Assembly (NCBI GenBank): GCA_964106915.2
Contig: OZ066914.1
Direction: 5' to 3' (one strand)
DNA length: 64,000 bases
DNA from: Podarcis gaigeae
Lineage: Eukaryota
Position 1 is the first letter of the stretch. Each line of letters opens with the position of its first letter. A program made the position numbers and the translations under genes. Below, in pieces: positions 36,046-48,752 of this stretch. The notes under the pieces were generated by a model, which was given only the letters and a program-made list of their open reading frames with translations, ran no database searches and was not told the DNA's origin.

Positions 36046-36219
36046 CAGGGGTGAAACTAGGTTTTATTTCACCCAGGGTTAAAGACCCAGTTTAGCACAC
36101 ACACCCCATGCACATTTGCATACAGACACACACAGGCTGGCAGCCTCAATGGCGCCTCCCTGAAGGCTTCACGGGGGGGGGGAGGCAGTTAGGGACCCCC
36201 CTCCATAGCTATGGCTCTT
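36046..36219. mobile_element. hAT-type MITE
   Basis: Perfect TSD CCTGATAG. Degenerate TIRs starting CAGGGGTG. Confidence 0.65.
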
Positions 36220-37199
36220 CCTGATAGTACTGGCACATGCTAAATTTGGGCACAAGTTGCATTGCTGGTATTTTTAAACAAATGTTCATTGCCCTGGGCC
36301 TAATGGTCAAAGCAGATAAGGAACTGAATAAGTAATAAATGCAGATACATTGGCTTTATGGGGCAGGTGCCTGTAAAACAAGCACCTTAACTTCTTGATT
36401 GATTGCATGTGCAGAGCTGCTTAAATGCATGCAAAAGAGATTATTTACATAGTCAGTTCCTAGGTCAGGACAGCTGTTTCCTCTGTTTTGCAAAGTGGTG
36501 GTGAAATTCTCAGGGTTTTATATGCTCTGCAGGATTAATAATTCCAGTTCAGTGGTTTTAAAGGCTTCACGGGTGAATTGGGGAGAATACTGTATTGATC
36601 TCGGTGCAATATGCATACAGTAACACACATGATCACTTTAGAAGGCCAGTGTCAGCAACTCAGAGGGTCACCCTTTCCTTAATTAATAAACCACCCCTAG
36701 CTTTGGCTCAATAGAACAATAAACAGCAGCTAGAGATAACCGAGCCTTTTCTAGAGAGAGATAGGCAAGGGACTGTTGATTACATAGATCAATATGGATA
36801 TAATATGCAAGCAGAAACACTAGCATGCCTGGAATGAAAAGCTGTGGAGGAGCTTGATGTGATTTGTAAGAACATTTCAACAATGGATTGGCAGTGTAAA
36901 TGTGATTAAGGAGATGCTGCAGTTCCTGCATAAAGAAGATCCTGGAGATTGTGTGCCTGGCTCTCAGTTCAGGACTTGTGTGCTAAACTGGAATACAAGG
37001 AATCTGGGATTGTTGGAACCTTCATAAGGCTGGCGCTAGGTCTGAAGGCTTCCTTAGCATGGTGTGTCCTCCTTTGGTGGTCTCCTTCCTATGTTGGTGC
37101 TCCCCTCCATGACTTAACGTGGCAACAGGTGGTGGTGAAGAGGGGAGCAGTAGCAATGTTCTGATGAGTTTCACCTCTGACCCACTGCAGTGCTCAATT

Positions 37200-37990
37200 C
37201 AGATAGGACTGAGACACTGTGAGTGGGTGGTTCCTCTATCCACTCCAGAGGAAGGCATTCTGTTCTGGGTGGGGTTACACTCAACATGAAGGAGCAGGTA
37301 TGCATCTTTGATGTATTCCTGGATTCAACACAAGGGTTCCTCAGTGACATGGAATGCATTCTACCATCTTTATTAGGTTGCAACCCAGCTGCAACTCTAT
37401 TTTGGCTGGGATAGTCAAGCTTTTGTCGTCTATGCTCTGGTAACCTCTGGGTTAGACTACTGTAATGTGTTATATATGGGGCTGTATGTGGAAACTCCAT
37501 CTAGTGCAGAATACAGTGCCTAGATTATTAGCTGGAAAAAGAAGGTGTGAACATAGAACGCCGATTTTGGCTACCATTTTGTTTCTGGGCCCAATTCAAA
37601 GCCCTTTTTGACATTTAAAACGTTATACCTCTATATGAAAAGGACTGCCATAAGAACTTGCCCAGACCCCAAGATCATAATCTGAGGACTTTCTCTGTGT
37701 GTGTCACCTCTGAGGGAGGTCTGGAAGGTGTCAGCAAGAGAACAGACCTTCCCTGTAGTAGCCTCTTTGTGTAATAATCTCCTTAGGGAGCCCCGCCTAG
37801 CACCAATCTTGCCATTGATTTGGCACCAAAAATGTTTTTGCTTTTCCAGATAACTGGGCAAAACCCGTTACATTATATTGCACTGTTAAATCTGCTTTTA
37901 ATAACATTTATGTGGTTTTTATTGTATTTTTTACTTTGGCTGTAATTCGCTTCAGGACTTTTTTTCCATGGAAAGATTGATTGAATGACC
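37200..37990 (+). mobile_element. Degenerate L2 LINE fragment
   Basis: Remnants of RLDYCN..YMGL and AQFK motifs and an L2-like 3' end. Confidence 0.65.
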
Positions 37991-38249
37991 GAACCATTTA
38001 AATTTTTCATAGTGCACTATACCAACGCTGTATCAGGAGCACTCCAGGGCACTGTAGGAAATTTAAACGATGCTCTAAGCCACCACAGTACACACAGGGG
38101 TACTGGAAAAGGGGTGTCTGGGGCAGACATCAGCAGCCCCAGCCTCTGCCCAAGGATGTCAGGTGTTGACGCTAGATCCGGTATATGCTGCTCTGAGGTA
38201 CACCACTTTGCACTGTGACCATGTTACTCTGTGCTTGTATGGTTCATAA

Positions 38250-38385
38250 TAGGCATAGGCAAACTCAGCCCTCCAGATGCTTTGGGACTGCAGCTCCCAT
38301 CATCCCTGACCACTGGTCCTGTTATCTAGGGGTGATGGGAGTTGTAGTCCCAAAACATCTGGAGGGCTGTGTTGGCCTAGGCCTG
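38250..38385. mobile_element. Palindromic hAT-type MITE (same family as 3876)
   Basis: TSD GTTCATAA / GTTCATAT and the same internal palindrome. Confidence 0.88.
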
Positions 38386-38545
38386 GTTCATATCATAGGC
38401 TGGTGCAGACAGGCAGAATGGAAACACAGACAAGCGCAAGCTACAAAGGACAAAAGTGATCTTGACAAACATATTTAGCCTTTCGGTATCATCATATGGA
38501 AGATAGCAAAAGTGCCTTATATTCAAATACAGATTCCCTCCCTCA

Positions 38546-38567
38546 ACACACATGTGCACGCATGCAT

Positions 38568-38599
<32 letters not shown>
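38546..38599. repeat. Alternating purine-pyrimidine / (CA)n tract
   Basis: Direct reading. Confidence 0.9.
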
Positions 38600-38603
<4 letters not shown>

Positions 38604-39204
38604 TTCATATGACATCCTCTAAGAAAATCCAAATAATTAATAAGAGAGCAATCAAGAATGCATGGCTTATTTTCCCTTCCATGCTGTGTGTGGCCAGGTT
38701 CAATCTTGTCTATATGCTGCTTCTGCTTTTTTTTGAAGTGACATTGAAAAAACGTGTCTTTGTGGAATCCCATGAGCTTCCTGACAATAATTAGTTTCAC
38801 AGTAACCACCCAGCAGCATCAGAACTGATTGACAAATAAATTAACTCTGACAGCCAGCAGCCTGAAATAATCAAAAGCAGATAGCAATTTTCCTCAAGCA
38901 GCAGGCCACAAAAACAGAAAAAACCCTCATAAATCACGTACAGGAAAATATTCTTATCCTACTCTAAATCAAGAATCCAGCTCTTCAAATATGTCCAATT
39001 TTGTCCCATCTAGTGAGTGTGTTGTCCTTTTGTTCTACGTTGCTCGAGTTAAATCAATCTGCCTTACTGCTTTTCTGTGGGATTCACTATTTACAGTTTT
39101 ACCAAACAATGTTCTGATTTCTTTTTTATTGACAGAGTTAGGTGATGCACATACAAAGTAGAAGAGCCTTGTGACCATGCATGAGTTGCTTCTCCCTCTT
39201 TTAA

Positions 39205-39356
39205 AAAGGTAAAGGGACCTCTGGCCATTAGGTCTAGTCGTGACCGACTCTGGGGTTGCTCGCTCATCTCGCTTTATTGGCTGAGGGAGCCGGCGTACAG
39301 CTTCCGGGTCATGTGGCCAGCAGGACTAAGCTGTTTCTGGCGAACCAGAGCAGTGT
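39205..39356 (-). mobile_element. Sauria SINE 3' fragment
   Basis: aaaggtaaagggacc...gggtcatgtggccagc...; 5' part absent. Confidence 0.85.
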
Positions 39357-41535
39357 GTGCACTATTCATCTACTTTAGGAATGATAGGACCTTATCTTAT
39401 ATCTTAACATTTTCCAAGCCATCATAACTAAGGTGACCAGCTACAATGCCCATAACGTATCTGTAAATAGTGAATATCAATGTTTTCTCAACCCTGCATA
39501 GTAAACAACAAACTCTCTACTACACACTTGGTATGGAAGGTGTTTCCTGCATTCCATCCACCCTAGATCAGGGTTGGGAAACCTGCTGTGGCCCTCCAGA
39601 TATTTCTGGACTACAACTCCCATCATTCCTGATATCGACCATACTGGTTGGTGCTGATGGGAGATGGCCTCTAGCAACAGGAGGAGGGTCACAGTCCCTG
39701 CCCCCCGCAACAGTCTAATGAAGTAAAATGGTAAGTGCTTCCTTGAAATGTGTTGTATGAGGATTTTGGAAAATATTGAAATAGCCAACGTTATGAACTT
39801 TTGTTTCTGTGTCTTATTGTGTCAGGGTCTTTGATACCATACTATTTCCCAAGCATAAGCATTTACAGGCTACTATTTTCCTAGTTCAGAAACTGCCTTC
39901 TGTGTCAGTGGCTATGATCAGATGCATCACTTGAAATATCCCATAAACTGGAGAATATATAGACTGATATTCTGTACTACCTGGTTAAAAAAGAAAAGAA
40001 AGATAATGGTGTGATATTTTGAGTGAGTATTAATGTGATGCCTATCCTGACTAGTAGACTATAGGCCCATTAAGCACGTATTTGAATAATCTTTGGTGCC
40101 TATGACTATTAGCTGTCACAATCTCTCATAGCAATTAGTACATCAGGTTAATGTTTGGACAAAGATGAAAAACTGCTTCCCCTTTTAAAAAGTGGTTGGA
40201 CGTAAATTACTTCGATGTGTTTTTGAAAGGATGAATTGTGATTCCCTATTCATTCTCCTCTCAGCTTTATGGATTTGCTGTATGTCTGAGCCTGGCTTCT
40301 GAAATGGTTGCCTTTCACATGCTCTGAAACTACACACCTTGGGTAATTATTAAGTAGCAGAGTCCAGTTTTGGCACAGTTAATCCTTGCCTTATCAGATC
40401 GGAGGTGCAATGCTACCCAACCGGAGCACGTCAAAGTTAATGGCAGAGGGATAAGGTTTTCAGGGTAAGGGAGATATGTCTGTGGTGTTTACTTATAATT
40501 GTGCATATACTTATAGTTTTTTGTTTTATTGTGAACTGATTGCACACCAGTAAAGAAGCTGTTCTCTCTCAAATGCAAGGATCTGAATTCATTGAGTTGG
40601 GGGCAGGGGAAAAGAAAAGAAAACAAATACCAAGAGAAGGAAGGAAAGCGATGGAGGGATCCAAGGATAGTCCTTAGACTTAAATTGTTTCAGGAAGTAC
40701 TCGTGCAACCGTCTGAAGATTTCATCAAAGGATTCCAGATAAATTAGCCATTCCCCCCCAGCAGACCATTGCACAATCTCTGACTATGAGTACAAGAATA
40801 TTATTGTGCTGCTCTTGTAATGCAGGCTGTGTTTGGGGTTTGCAGTTTCAGCCTCCAAAGTCTTCTTATCATCAAGAGAGCTCTGTGAAGCCATCAGTGC
40901 TCATAATTCTAGCTGGCAAGGGTTTGAAAGTCCGCCACTGCACAAAACAGTCAGCTTTGCTTATTGCAGCTCCTCCTCACTTTAGCACCACAGTTCTGCA
41001 AAAACCTGAAAGTACTGAAAATCTTTCTCATGCTCTGCTGTTAAAGATTTCTCTGCTAGGTAGAATGTTGCAACTGTGCCAGAGGCCAGAACCTTCCTAG
41101 CGCCAGAGGAAGAAGGAAAGAGAGAGGGGCTAGAGGTCTCAGAAGTATGAGTGCCAGTACCGGGAATCCGTATTGCTCATTCGTCTGACTTTGGAAATAT
41201 CAGCAGGTACTGCTATGCATAAATTTAAAAAAGCAGCTAAGAACAGCCAGACTGATTCACATAGTAGTGCAGTGTGATTTAAACTGTGTCTGAAAATATT
41301 AAAAGCAGAAGGAACCCTTGGAACACCACAATTTGTTGGACTCCAGCACCCAGGATGGCCAATTTTCAAGATTGGTGGGAACAGGAATCCACAGCATCTT
41401 GAGATCCACTGGTTCCCTTCTCCTGATTAAAAGGAGCAGTGCCCTAATGTTGAACAGCAAGCATATGACCTGCTACCTACAGCCAGGCAGTTGCAGAAAT
41501 GAGAGTGAGCATGAAGCTGGATTTAATCTGTGATA

Positions 41536-41883
41536 AAGGGTAAAGGGACCCCTGACCATTAGGTCCAGTCGCGGACTCTGGGCTTGCGGCGCTCATCTCG
41601 CTTTATTGGCCGAGGGAGCCGGCGTACAGCTTCCGGGTCATGTGGCCAGCATGACTAAGCCGCTTCTGGCGAACCAGAGCAGTGCACGGAAACGCCATTT
41701 ACCTTCCCACTGGAGTGGTACTTATTTATCTACTTGCACTTTGACATGCTTTCGAACTGCTAGGTTGGCAGGAGCTGGGACCGAGCAACGAGAGCTCACC
41801 CCTTCGCGGGGATTCGAACCGCTGACCTTCTGATTGGCAAGCCCTAGGCTCTGTGGTTTAGACCATAGAACCGCCCGCGTCCC
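41536..41883 (-). mobile_element. Sauria SINE, full length
   Basis: Typical body. 14-bp TSD TTTAATCTGTGATA. Confidence 0.92.
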
Positions 41884-42399
41884 TTTAATCTGTGATAGTC
41901 CACCACAATTTGAGTTACACTGAAGAATACTGCTGGAAAAGCCTGTTTTTTCCCTAACACTTTTTCTTAGAAAGCAATCTTGCGAAGAAGGTGCTTGTTG
42001 GAGTTGGGAGAGGGTACTCTGGTTTCACCTCAGATCGTATAAATCTTTCCCCCTTTTACCAAACATTAGGCAAAGCCTGTTTTAGGAAGCAAATGCTAGG
42101 GGCAGGGAGCAGAGGTGGGGTTTTGGAGGACAGATCTCTGTGCCATTTGGCTTGGCCTGTTGCTTTCAGATGCAGTGGAGGATACCACTCCGTCACCAGT
42201 GTTGGAAGTAAGATTCAACTATTAGTCTGGCCTGCTTCTGTCTGTGATGTGAGTGCATGTCTCTTGTCCTTGGGCAACCAGGAGGTTGTAAAACAGACTG
42301 GAGAGGCCTAGGGTAGGTGTAGAGAAGAATGGAGCTTTGATCACAACCATCTTTGCTGGGGCACCACCAACAATCCTTTGTAGTGTAATTATTATGTTC

Positions 42400-42581
42400 A
42401 GGAACATAGGAAGCTGCCTTAAACCACATCAGGCTGTCTACTCTGTCTACCACAGCTCGTCAGGGTTTCAGGCAGAGGGTGCTCCCATTACCACCTGCTA
42501 CAGGCCCCTTTTAACTGCAGATGCCAGTGACTGAACCCTGGGCCCATTCGAAGCATGGGCTCTGTCACTGAGCTGTGGCCC
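42400..42581 (-). mobile_element. Squam3-like tRNA SINE
   Basis: Reverse complement reads gggccacagctcagtgacagagc...ccagggttcagtc...ggcagcttcctatgttcct. Confidence 0.7.
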
Positions 42582-42635
42582 TGCCCCCTTTAAGAGCATG
42601 ATCCCTTGGAGGCAAGCACTTACGCTCTTGCTAGA

Positions 42636-42722
42636 AAAACAACGAGAGCCTTGTGGCACCATAAAAGCTCAGTAGATTTATTGTGGCATAAGCTTCCACG
42701 GACCAGAGCCTACTTAATTATC
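42636..42722 (-). mobile_element. Old Penelope-like terminal fragment (same family as 26675)
   Basis: Reverse complement aagcttatgccacaataaatct...ggtgccacaaggctctcgttgtttt. Confidence 0.55.
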
Positions 42723-43167
42723 TAGGAGTAAGATTTCATTCATCAAAGCGTAGCCTAGTTGGAGGAAATAAGCAAACCACCAGTTTGTCCTCCCTGTGTT
42801 CTATGTACAATAAATTTGTCTCCCCCACAAACACACCTTTTAAAAAATTCTACCCTGTTGTGGGTTTCTGGTGCTGGAGACAAATGATTTCTTACATGGT
42901 GCAATTTGCTCTTATTGCTGGGCACTTCAGAAATTAAATGGAGGATATTTTAAAATTTAGTGTACTAACTCATTCCTGTTCACTTAACATTTATTTCTGT
43001 TCATAAGTCTCAAATGTCCCTCTTTCTCAATTATCCCAAGTTGGACAGTAAAGAAAGATCTTGTGAGCCTTCTTTGTTCTAAAGTTGGGAATTTAGTAGC
43101 ACCACTTTCAACTTCCCACACATAATTCCTAGGTCAGGATATTGAAAATTCATCTGAGCAGGATTAG

Positions 43168-43171
<4 letters not shown>

Positions 43172-43220
<49 letters not shown>
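43172..43220. repeat. (TA)n microsatellite; continues at 43376-43397 after the insertion
   Basis: Direct reading. Confidence 0.95.
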
Positions 43221-43222
<2 letters not shown>

Positions 43223-43376
43223 TTTCGTAGATTTTCACGGGTACAGGAATGCAGGTTTTGGTGTCCTCGGGTGTCTTCCCGTGTAAAAGTTGGGGTGTCT
43301 AGGCGACGTTTCGACGAGGTCGCCTAGACACCCCAACTTTTACACGGGAAGACACCCGAGGACACCAAAACCTACA
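43221..43376. mobile_element. Penelope-like element terminal fragment forming an inverted repeat, inserted in (TA)n
   Basis: Perfect 55-bp arms (43253-43307 / 43319-43373) with an 11-nt loop. (TA)n on both sides. CGAAACGTCG motif on the minus strand. Confidence 0.7.
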
Positions 43377-44578
43377 TATATATATATATATATATATGAT
43401 TATTTTCTGCAGACTTCTCCAGAAATGTGAAGACATACCACAGCCACATGGGTCTAGGCCACAACAGCAGCTAATTGCAAATTAGCAGTAAAAAGAAGAT
43501 GAGCAACTCAGCCAATTTTCCCTAGGCAGAATTGCCCCCTTTAACAAAGTTGTTTACTGTAAGGACAGTTTTCCATAAGATCAGCATTTCCATTTCTTGT
43601 AACTTGGCAGAAACATCAAGGATTATCGGCATTATTATTTACATCTGTGGGCTTTCTGGAAGGAAAGATTGAAATTTCCTGCTAATTAAAGTCATTTGGC
43701 TTTACTGAACCCACACTGGGAAGCAGGAACTGCAGACAAGAAAGAACTGCAGATGCTTCTTTAAGACTGCAGGTTTTGGTCTTTTAAGACTGCAGGTTTT
43801 GGCACTCATCTCATGAGTCTTACCAAAGTGTAACTTTTAGGAGCATCAAAAGCCAATGAGTAGGATCTGTTCATATTTGAACACCAAACAATTTAAACAG
43901 GCATAGCATAATGGCCATGAGACAAACAGTGCGCTGCAAAAGATGCATGGCCATATTTATACCACGGTTCTCCCCCTTTGCTAAACCAAATCATTATTGA
44001 CCCACCAGGGTTGCCAACCATCCAGGTTTGCCCCAGATTCTCCCGGAAATAACCTATCTCCAGGGATCTCCTGGAGCTAACCCGAGAGAATGGGCAAGCC
44101 ACCATTCATTGCTGCCATGCCAACAAATGCTAGTTAAGGCATGTGCAAGGTGCTCTTGCCTGGTCATCGCTAGTCATCTGAGCCTTTAAGAAAAGGCCAG
44201 AGCTACAGGGGGCTGTTGATTGCCTCAGTTTTGGGCCAGGGCAGTGGAGAATCAAACCATGGAAACCATTCCTGGTTAAATGTTGCAAAATGGAGACTGG
44301 AGATTAGAAGCAGTGCCTGAGGGAGGAGAGAGAAGGAACTGGCTATTGACTCCAGCACAGTGCAGAGAGGACGTCTCTCAACTAAAAATGACACGACAGT
44401 GGTAATGACGAAGAAAAGCAGAAGCTTCACTTGGCTGATGCACAAACCCTCTCTCTGTATGCATGTTTGTGGAAGGCCTGCAGCTCTCAGTGGCAGCAAG
44501 AGGCCCTGTCTCCAGGTAGGGGGAGAGACCCCTGCCTGAAACGCTTCAGAGCCACTGCCCTTAAGTTCCTTTGGACTA

Positions 44579-44796
44579 CAGTGGTACCTCTGGTTACGTA
44601 CGTAATTCATTCCGGAGGTCAGTTCTTAACCTGAAACTGTTCTTAATCTGAAGCACCACTTTAGCTAATGGGGCCTCCCGCTGCTGCCACCACATGATTT
44701 CTGTTCTCATGCTGAAGCAAAGTTATTAACCTGAGGTACTATTGCTGGGTTAGCGGAGTCTGTAACCTGAAGCGTATGTAACCCGAGGTACCGCTG
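44579..44796 (-). mobile_element. Tc1/mariner MITE (same family as 20233)
   Basis: TA-flanked CAGTGGTACCTC...GAGGTACCGCTG. Confidence 0.88.
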
Positions 44797-44854
44797 TACA
44801 TCAAAACATCAAGAGGGCACCTGTTTGGCGGAGACTAGTACTGTCTAGGTACTA

Positions 44855-45080
44855 GGGACGCGGGTGGCACTGTGGGTAAAATCTCAGTGCCTAGGACTTG
44901 CCGATCGCATGGTCGGCGGTTCGAATCCCCGCAGCGGGGTGAGCTCCCGTCTTTCGGTCCCAGCTCCTGCCCACCTAGCAGTTTGAAAGCACCCTTAAGT
45001 GCAAGTAGATAAATAGGTACCGCTTTATAGCGGGAAGGTAAAAGGCGTTTCCGTGTACGGGCCGGGGTACCTTTACCTTT
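44855..45080 (+). mobile_element. Sauria SINE (variant subfamily) with 3' internal deletion
   Basis: 5' half is typical, then jumps from ccgtgt to acgggccggggtacctttaccttt. Confidence 0.85.
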
Positions 45081-46609
45081 TAGTACTGTATAAACAATAC
45101 TGTGCTGAATGGACCAAGGGGTCTGATTCAGAATAAGGCAACTTCCTGTGTTCCTATACCTGCTGAAAATAGGGAGGTACGTGTAGCTAAAAAATAGAAA
45201 CCTTAGGGTTTTTTTAAAAAAAAAAAGGCAGAAGGAAAAATTAAGTGAAAAATAAACTCCCTAGCATTTTGTGTGAGTGTGTGTGGAAGTGGTTTAAAAT
45301 GTACTCTTGCTACTACTTGGGAGGAAGATCATATGACAAGAACTGCGTATATCTGAAGCAGCTCCTTCTCTAAGGAAAACTGCTCGTTTCTACCATTAAT
45401 ATGACAGTCAAAAATCAAGCAGCTAAGTTTCTGTGGGGGTTTCTTTTTGCAGCAAGACCAAGACCACTTCTTCACATATTTTCTTCATGAAAAGCTATTT
45501 GCTAAATGCAGGGCTGAGCTGATCCAAGACAGCTGATGCCTGAAGTTAAATCCAACCAAAGCTTCAGGAGTGGAGGCCAGGAGATTCCAAGTGCAGCTAA
45601 TGTCTTTCCGCCACTTTGTGGAATTCTGACATGGAGCGAATATATATCCTCACTGCCTGCTTACTCACCAAGCCGTAAAGTGCTCTCTCCCTGTCACTGT
45701 TTGGCTTAGGGCAGCTGGAGGCCCCAGAAGAGATTAAATATGACAGCTGGAATTACCTAGCGAACCAAAGACCTGCGATCCATGTCGCTACTCAGCAATT
45801 CCTCCTCCCGCTCCTGCTGCGGAACTATTCACTCAGTTGCTTCGTGGATTACCAGGACCAAGGAAGGTAGCAGAAGCTGGGCTACAGGCCTTGCCAGTGC
45901 AAAGTGGCTCCAAGAGTCATGGCATGGTGGCGTTTCTGCTCTTTCCCTTCCTGAACTCTGATTCAGAGACCAGCAGTAAGATTCACTGGCCTACCAGAGA
46001 TGGAAACTACAGATTTGATGGTGGTACAGAGGACCCTGGTTGTTCCAAATGCATGCTGTAGCAAAATATATGCTTGTGTGTTTTCCACATCCATGGAAAT
46101 GTTTGTGAGAGCTTGGCTTTTTCCCTATTTGTGTAGGAAAAATGTAGTGCTTACAATGATCTGACAGCTGTGGTATGTTCTGCCACAATTCGTAGCAATT
46201 TGTCACATGGATCTATCTGCTAAAGATTTAAGGGTGTCCAGGGTTGGCCCTGCTGGTGAAAACATAGTGGAGATTTGGGCTCCATTTCAAGTATGTCTCA
46301 AGAGTAAAAAAGCGTGATTCTTCAAGACTTGTCTTTCTTCGGGTCTCATTCCATATATCAATCCCTACAAGTGGTCCACAAAACCATAGTGCAAAATCAC
46401 AGCCTCAATATGGATAAAAAGAGATTGTGTAGCAGCAGCGGCAGGGAACCAGCAATGTTTTGCCTTCTCAAAGTTTCTCTTCACTACTCTTTCCCATTTT
46501 TTCAGTTGTATACCAGAGAAGCAAATCAAGGAGTATGGCGAGCATCTATGCCAACACGCTCCAAGAAGCAACAGTATCTAATGAAAGCCCCAGGCTATGA
46601 TCTCTACTT

Positions 46610-46964
46610 AGGTAAAGGTAAAAGGACCCCTGACCATTAGGTCCAGTCATGGCCGACTCTGGGGTTGCAGCGCTCATCTCGCTTTATTGGCCGAGGGAGC
46701 CGGCATATAGCTTCCGGGTCATGTGGCCAGCATGACTAAGCCGCTTCTGGCGAACCAGAGCAGCGCACAGAAACACCGTTTACCTTCCCGCCGGAGCGGT
46801 ACCTATTTATCTACTTGCACTTTGACGTCCTTTTGAACTGCTAGGTTGGCAGGAGCAGGGACTGAGCAACGGGGTCTCACCCCCTTGCAGGGATTCGAAC
46901 TGCTGACCTTCTGATCGGCAAGTCCTAGGCTCTGTAGTTTAACCCACAGCGCCACCCACGTCCC
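46610..46964 (-). mobile_element. Sauria SINE, full length
   Basis: Typical body. TSD CTATGATCTCTACT. Confidence 0.92.
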
Positions 46965-48430
46965 TATGATCTCTACTAATTATACCCTTAAAAAAAACAG
47001 CAGCTATAGGAGCAATTGCTTATGCTGGACCAAAATGGACAGTAATTTGCTATTAGTTGCAATCAATTAAAGTGACCACTCCTTCTCTACTGGAGAAAGG
47101 GGGATATTTTCAGACTGTTCAGCACAAGAAGAGGAGTTCATTCGAATGGCTAGTTCTAATTGAAATAGTACTAACAAGGGCCTGTTAAAAGAGCAGCTAT
47201 AGTTGTGTAACCAGAAACCATAGTAGAAACTAGTGAAAATAAATGGCCAGGAACAAAGATCTTGCCAGGGGAGGGGAGGGGGGAGATTTCTAACTTCCCA
47301 AAGCTGGAGCTGCCTTTTGCTGCTGTCATTCCTAGCTTAAGCTGTGTCTGTTGATAACTTGAACAGATCTCTCAAAACTTTCAATCTTTGCAAGGGAAAT
47401 TTGAGAATCTGGAAGCAGACATGACTCCCATTAAAGAAAGCTCAGAAAGCCTTCTGGCTCAGACAAATTATCTGAATAAATCAGTGGAAGAGGGAGAGGA
47501 GGGGAAAATCCTAAGTGAAAGAACAGCTGTGGATCTGGCTCTTCCCAAGGGGAAGAGGCTGAAGACAGTAAACACCCCCCCTCTCCACTTGATGTCATTG
47601 AAAGTGCTGAAGTACTATAGAAGGCAGAATTCATTTATAGTGAAAAATATCCAGACTCCTTGCTTTCCCGTGGATCTGAATGTAATTGAAGTCTTGTATA
47701 CTGACAATACCCCCGGGTCTCATTTGTTTAGACACCTTATGAAGACTCTTTCATTACTGAGAGGTACCTACCTACAGGATCTTTCCTGATCTGTCTGCTG
47801 GGTTTGAAACACTGTTGTTAACAAGCCTCAGGTGTCAGAGACAAAAGTCTGTGCAGTAAAAATGCAAGGAAACCCAGACACTGTCTTGATCACTCAGACA
47901 ACAGAGAAATGAATTATTCTCCTGTGGATGGTGTTCTTGATAGATTAATCCAAACTCTGCCAAACACCCTTTCACATGAAACAAGCTGCTATCTCAGGGT
48001 TACCCTGAGATTACCACTCCCTGATTACAGGAACAAGAAATTCCCAAGTATTTCAGTCTCTTTGGTCCTCACTGGTCTACAGACATGTAAACTCTCCCAC
48101 CCTGAGATAACAGTTCTTCTTTTGTTTACATCATGGTCTATTAGCACAGGATGAAAGGGAGATGAGTCAGGAGCTTCTGATCTTGCCTTCTTCCAATTCA
48201 CTTCAACCCAAGTAACCCTAGGAATATGTAAGCATATCAGAAGTTAGCATGGGTTCTCTTTCCAAGGTAAATTATCTTGTAAGCGGAAACTTATTTGATA
48301 CTCTTGGAATTCTGAGTTCAAACTGCTTTTAATAACACTTATTTATTTTATTAGCAAAACTGTTTGCAATACTGCCTTTTACTCCAAAGTGTGCCAAAGT
48401 AGTTTACAATCAATTAAAATAACAATATAA

Positions 48431-48752
48431 CAGGGGTCAGCAAACTTTTTCAGCAGGGGCTGGTCCACTGTCCCTCAGACCTTGTGGGGGGCCGGAATAT
48501 ATTTGGAAAAAAATAATAATGAACGAATTCCTATGCCCCACAAATAACCCAGAGAAGCATTTTAAATAAAAACACACATTCCACTCGTGTAAAAACACCA
48601 GGCAGGCCCTACAGAAACCCAGAGAGACATTTTAAATAAAAGGACACATTCTACTCATGTAAAAACACACTGATTCCCGGACCGTCTGCAGGCTGGATTT
48701 AGAAGGCAATTGGGTTGGATCCGGCCCCCGGGCCTTAGTTTGCCTACCCATA
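48431..48752. mobile_element. hAT-type MITE with internal direct duplication of about 55 bp
   Basis: TIR CAGGGGTCAGCAAACT / AGTTTGCCTACCCAT. Perfect TSD CAATATAA. Confidence 0.88.

Larger units (their letters stand above)
44484..45156 (+). mobile_element. Squam3-like SINE split by nested insertions
   Basis: 5' part ctcagtggcag...tctccaggtagg...cctgcctgaaac at 44484-44560. 3' part acaatactgtgctgaatggacc...ggcaacttcctgtgttccta at about 45088-45156. Confidence 0.65.

Noticed and set aside
43755-43802. Short tandem duplications (also 54700-54741)
   Set aside because: Two-copy slippage duplications of about 22 bp without spacers. Not CRISPR-like or otherwise structured.
45660-45800. Minus-strand donor (TTG|GTGAGT) with a nearby ATG as a hidden antisense coding exon
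   Set aside because: The ATG frame closes after 8 codons and no partner exons were found.
47340-47790. 133-aa ORF faintly resembling L1 ORF1 (coiled-coil, ..YRRQN..)
   Set aside because: Too degenerate to call without an HMM search. Possibly an old L1 5' relic, but not a host gene.
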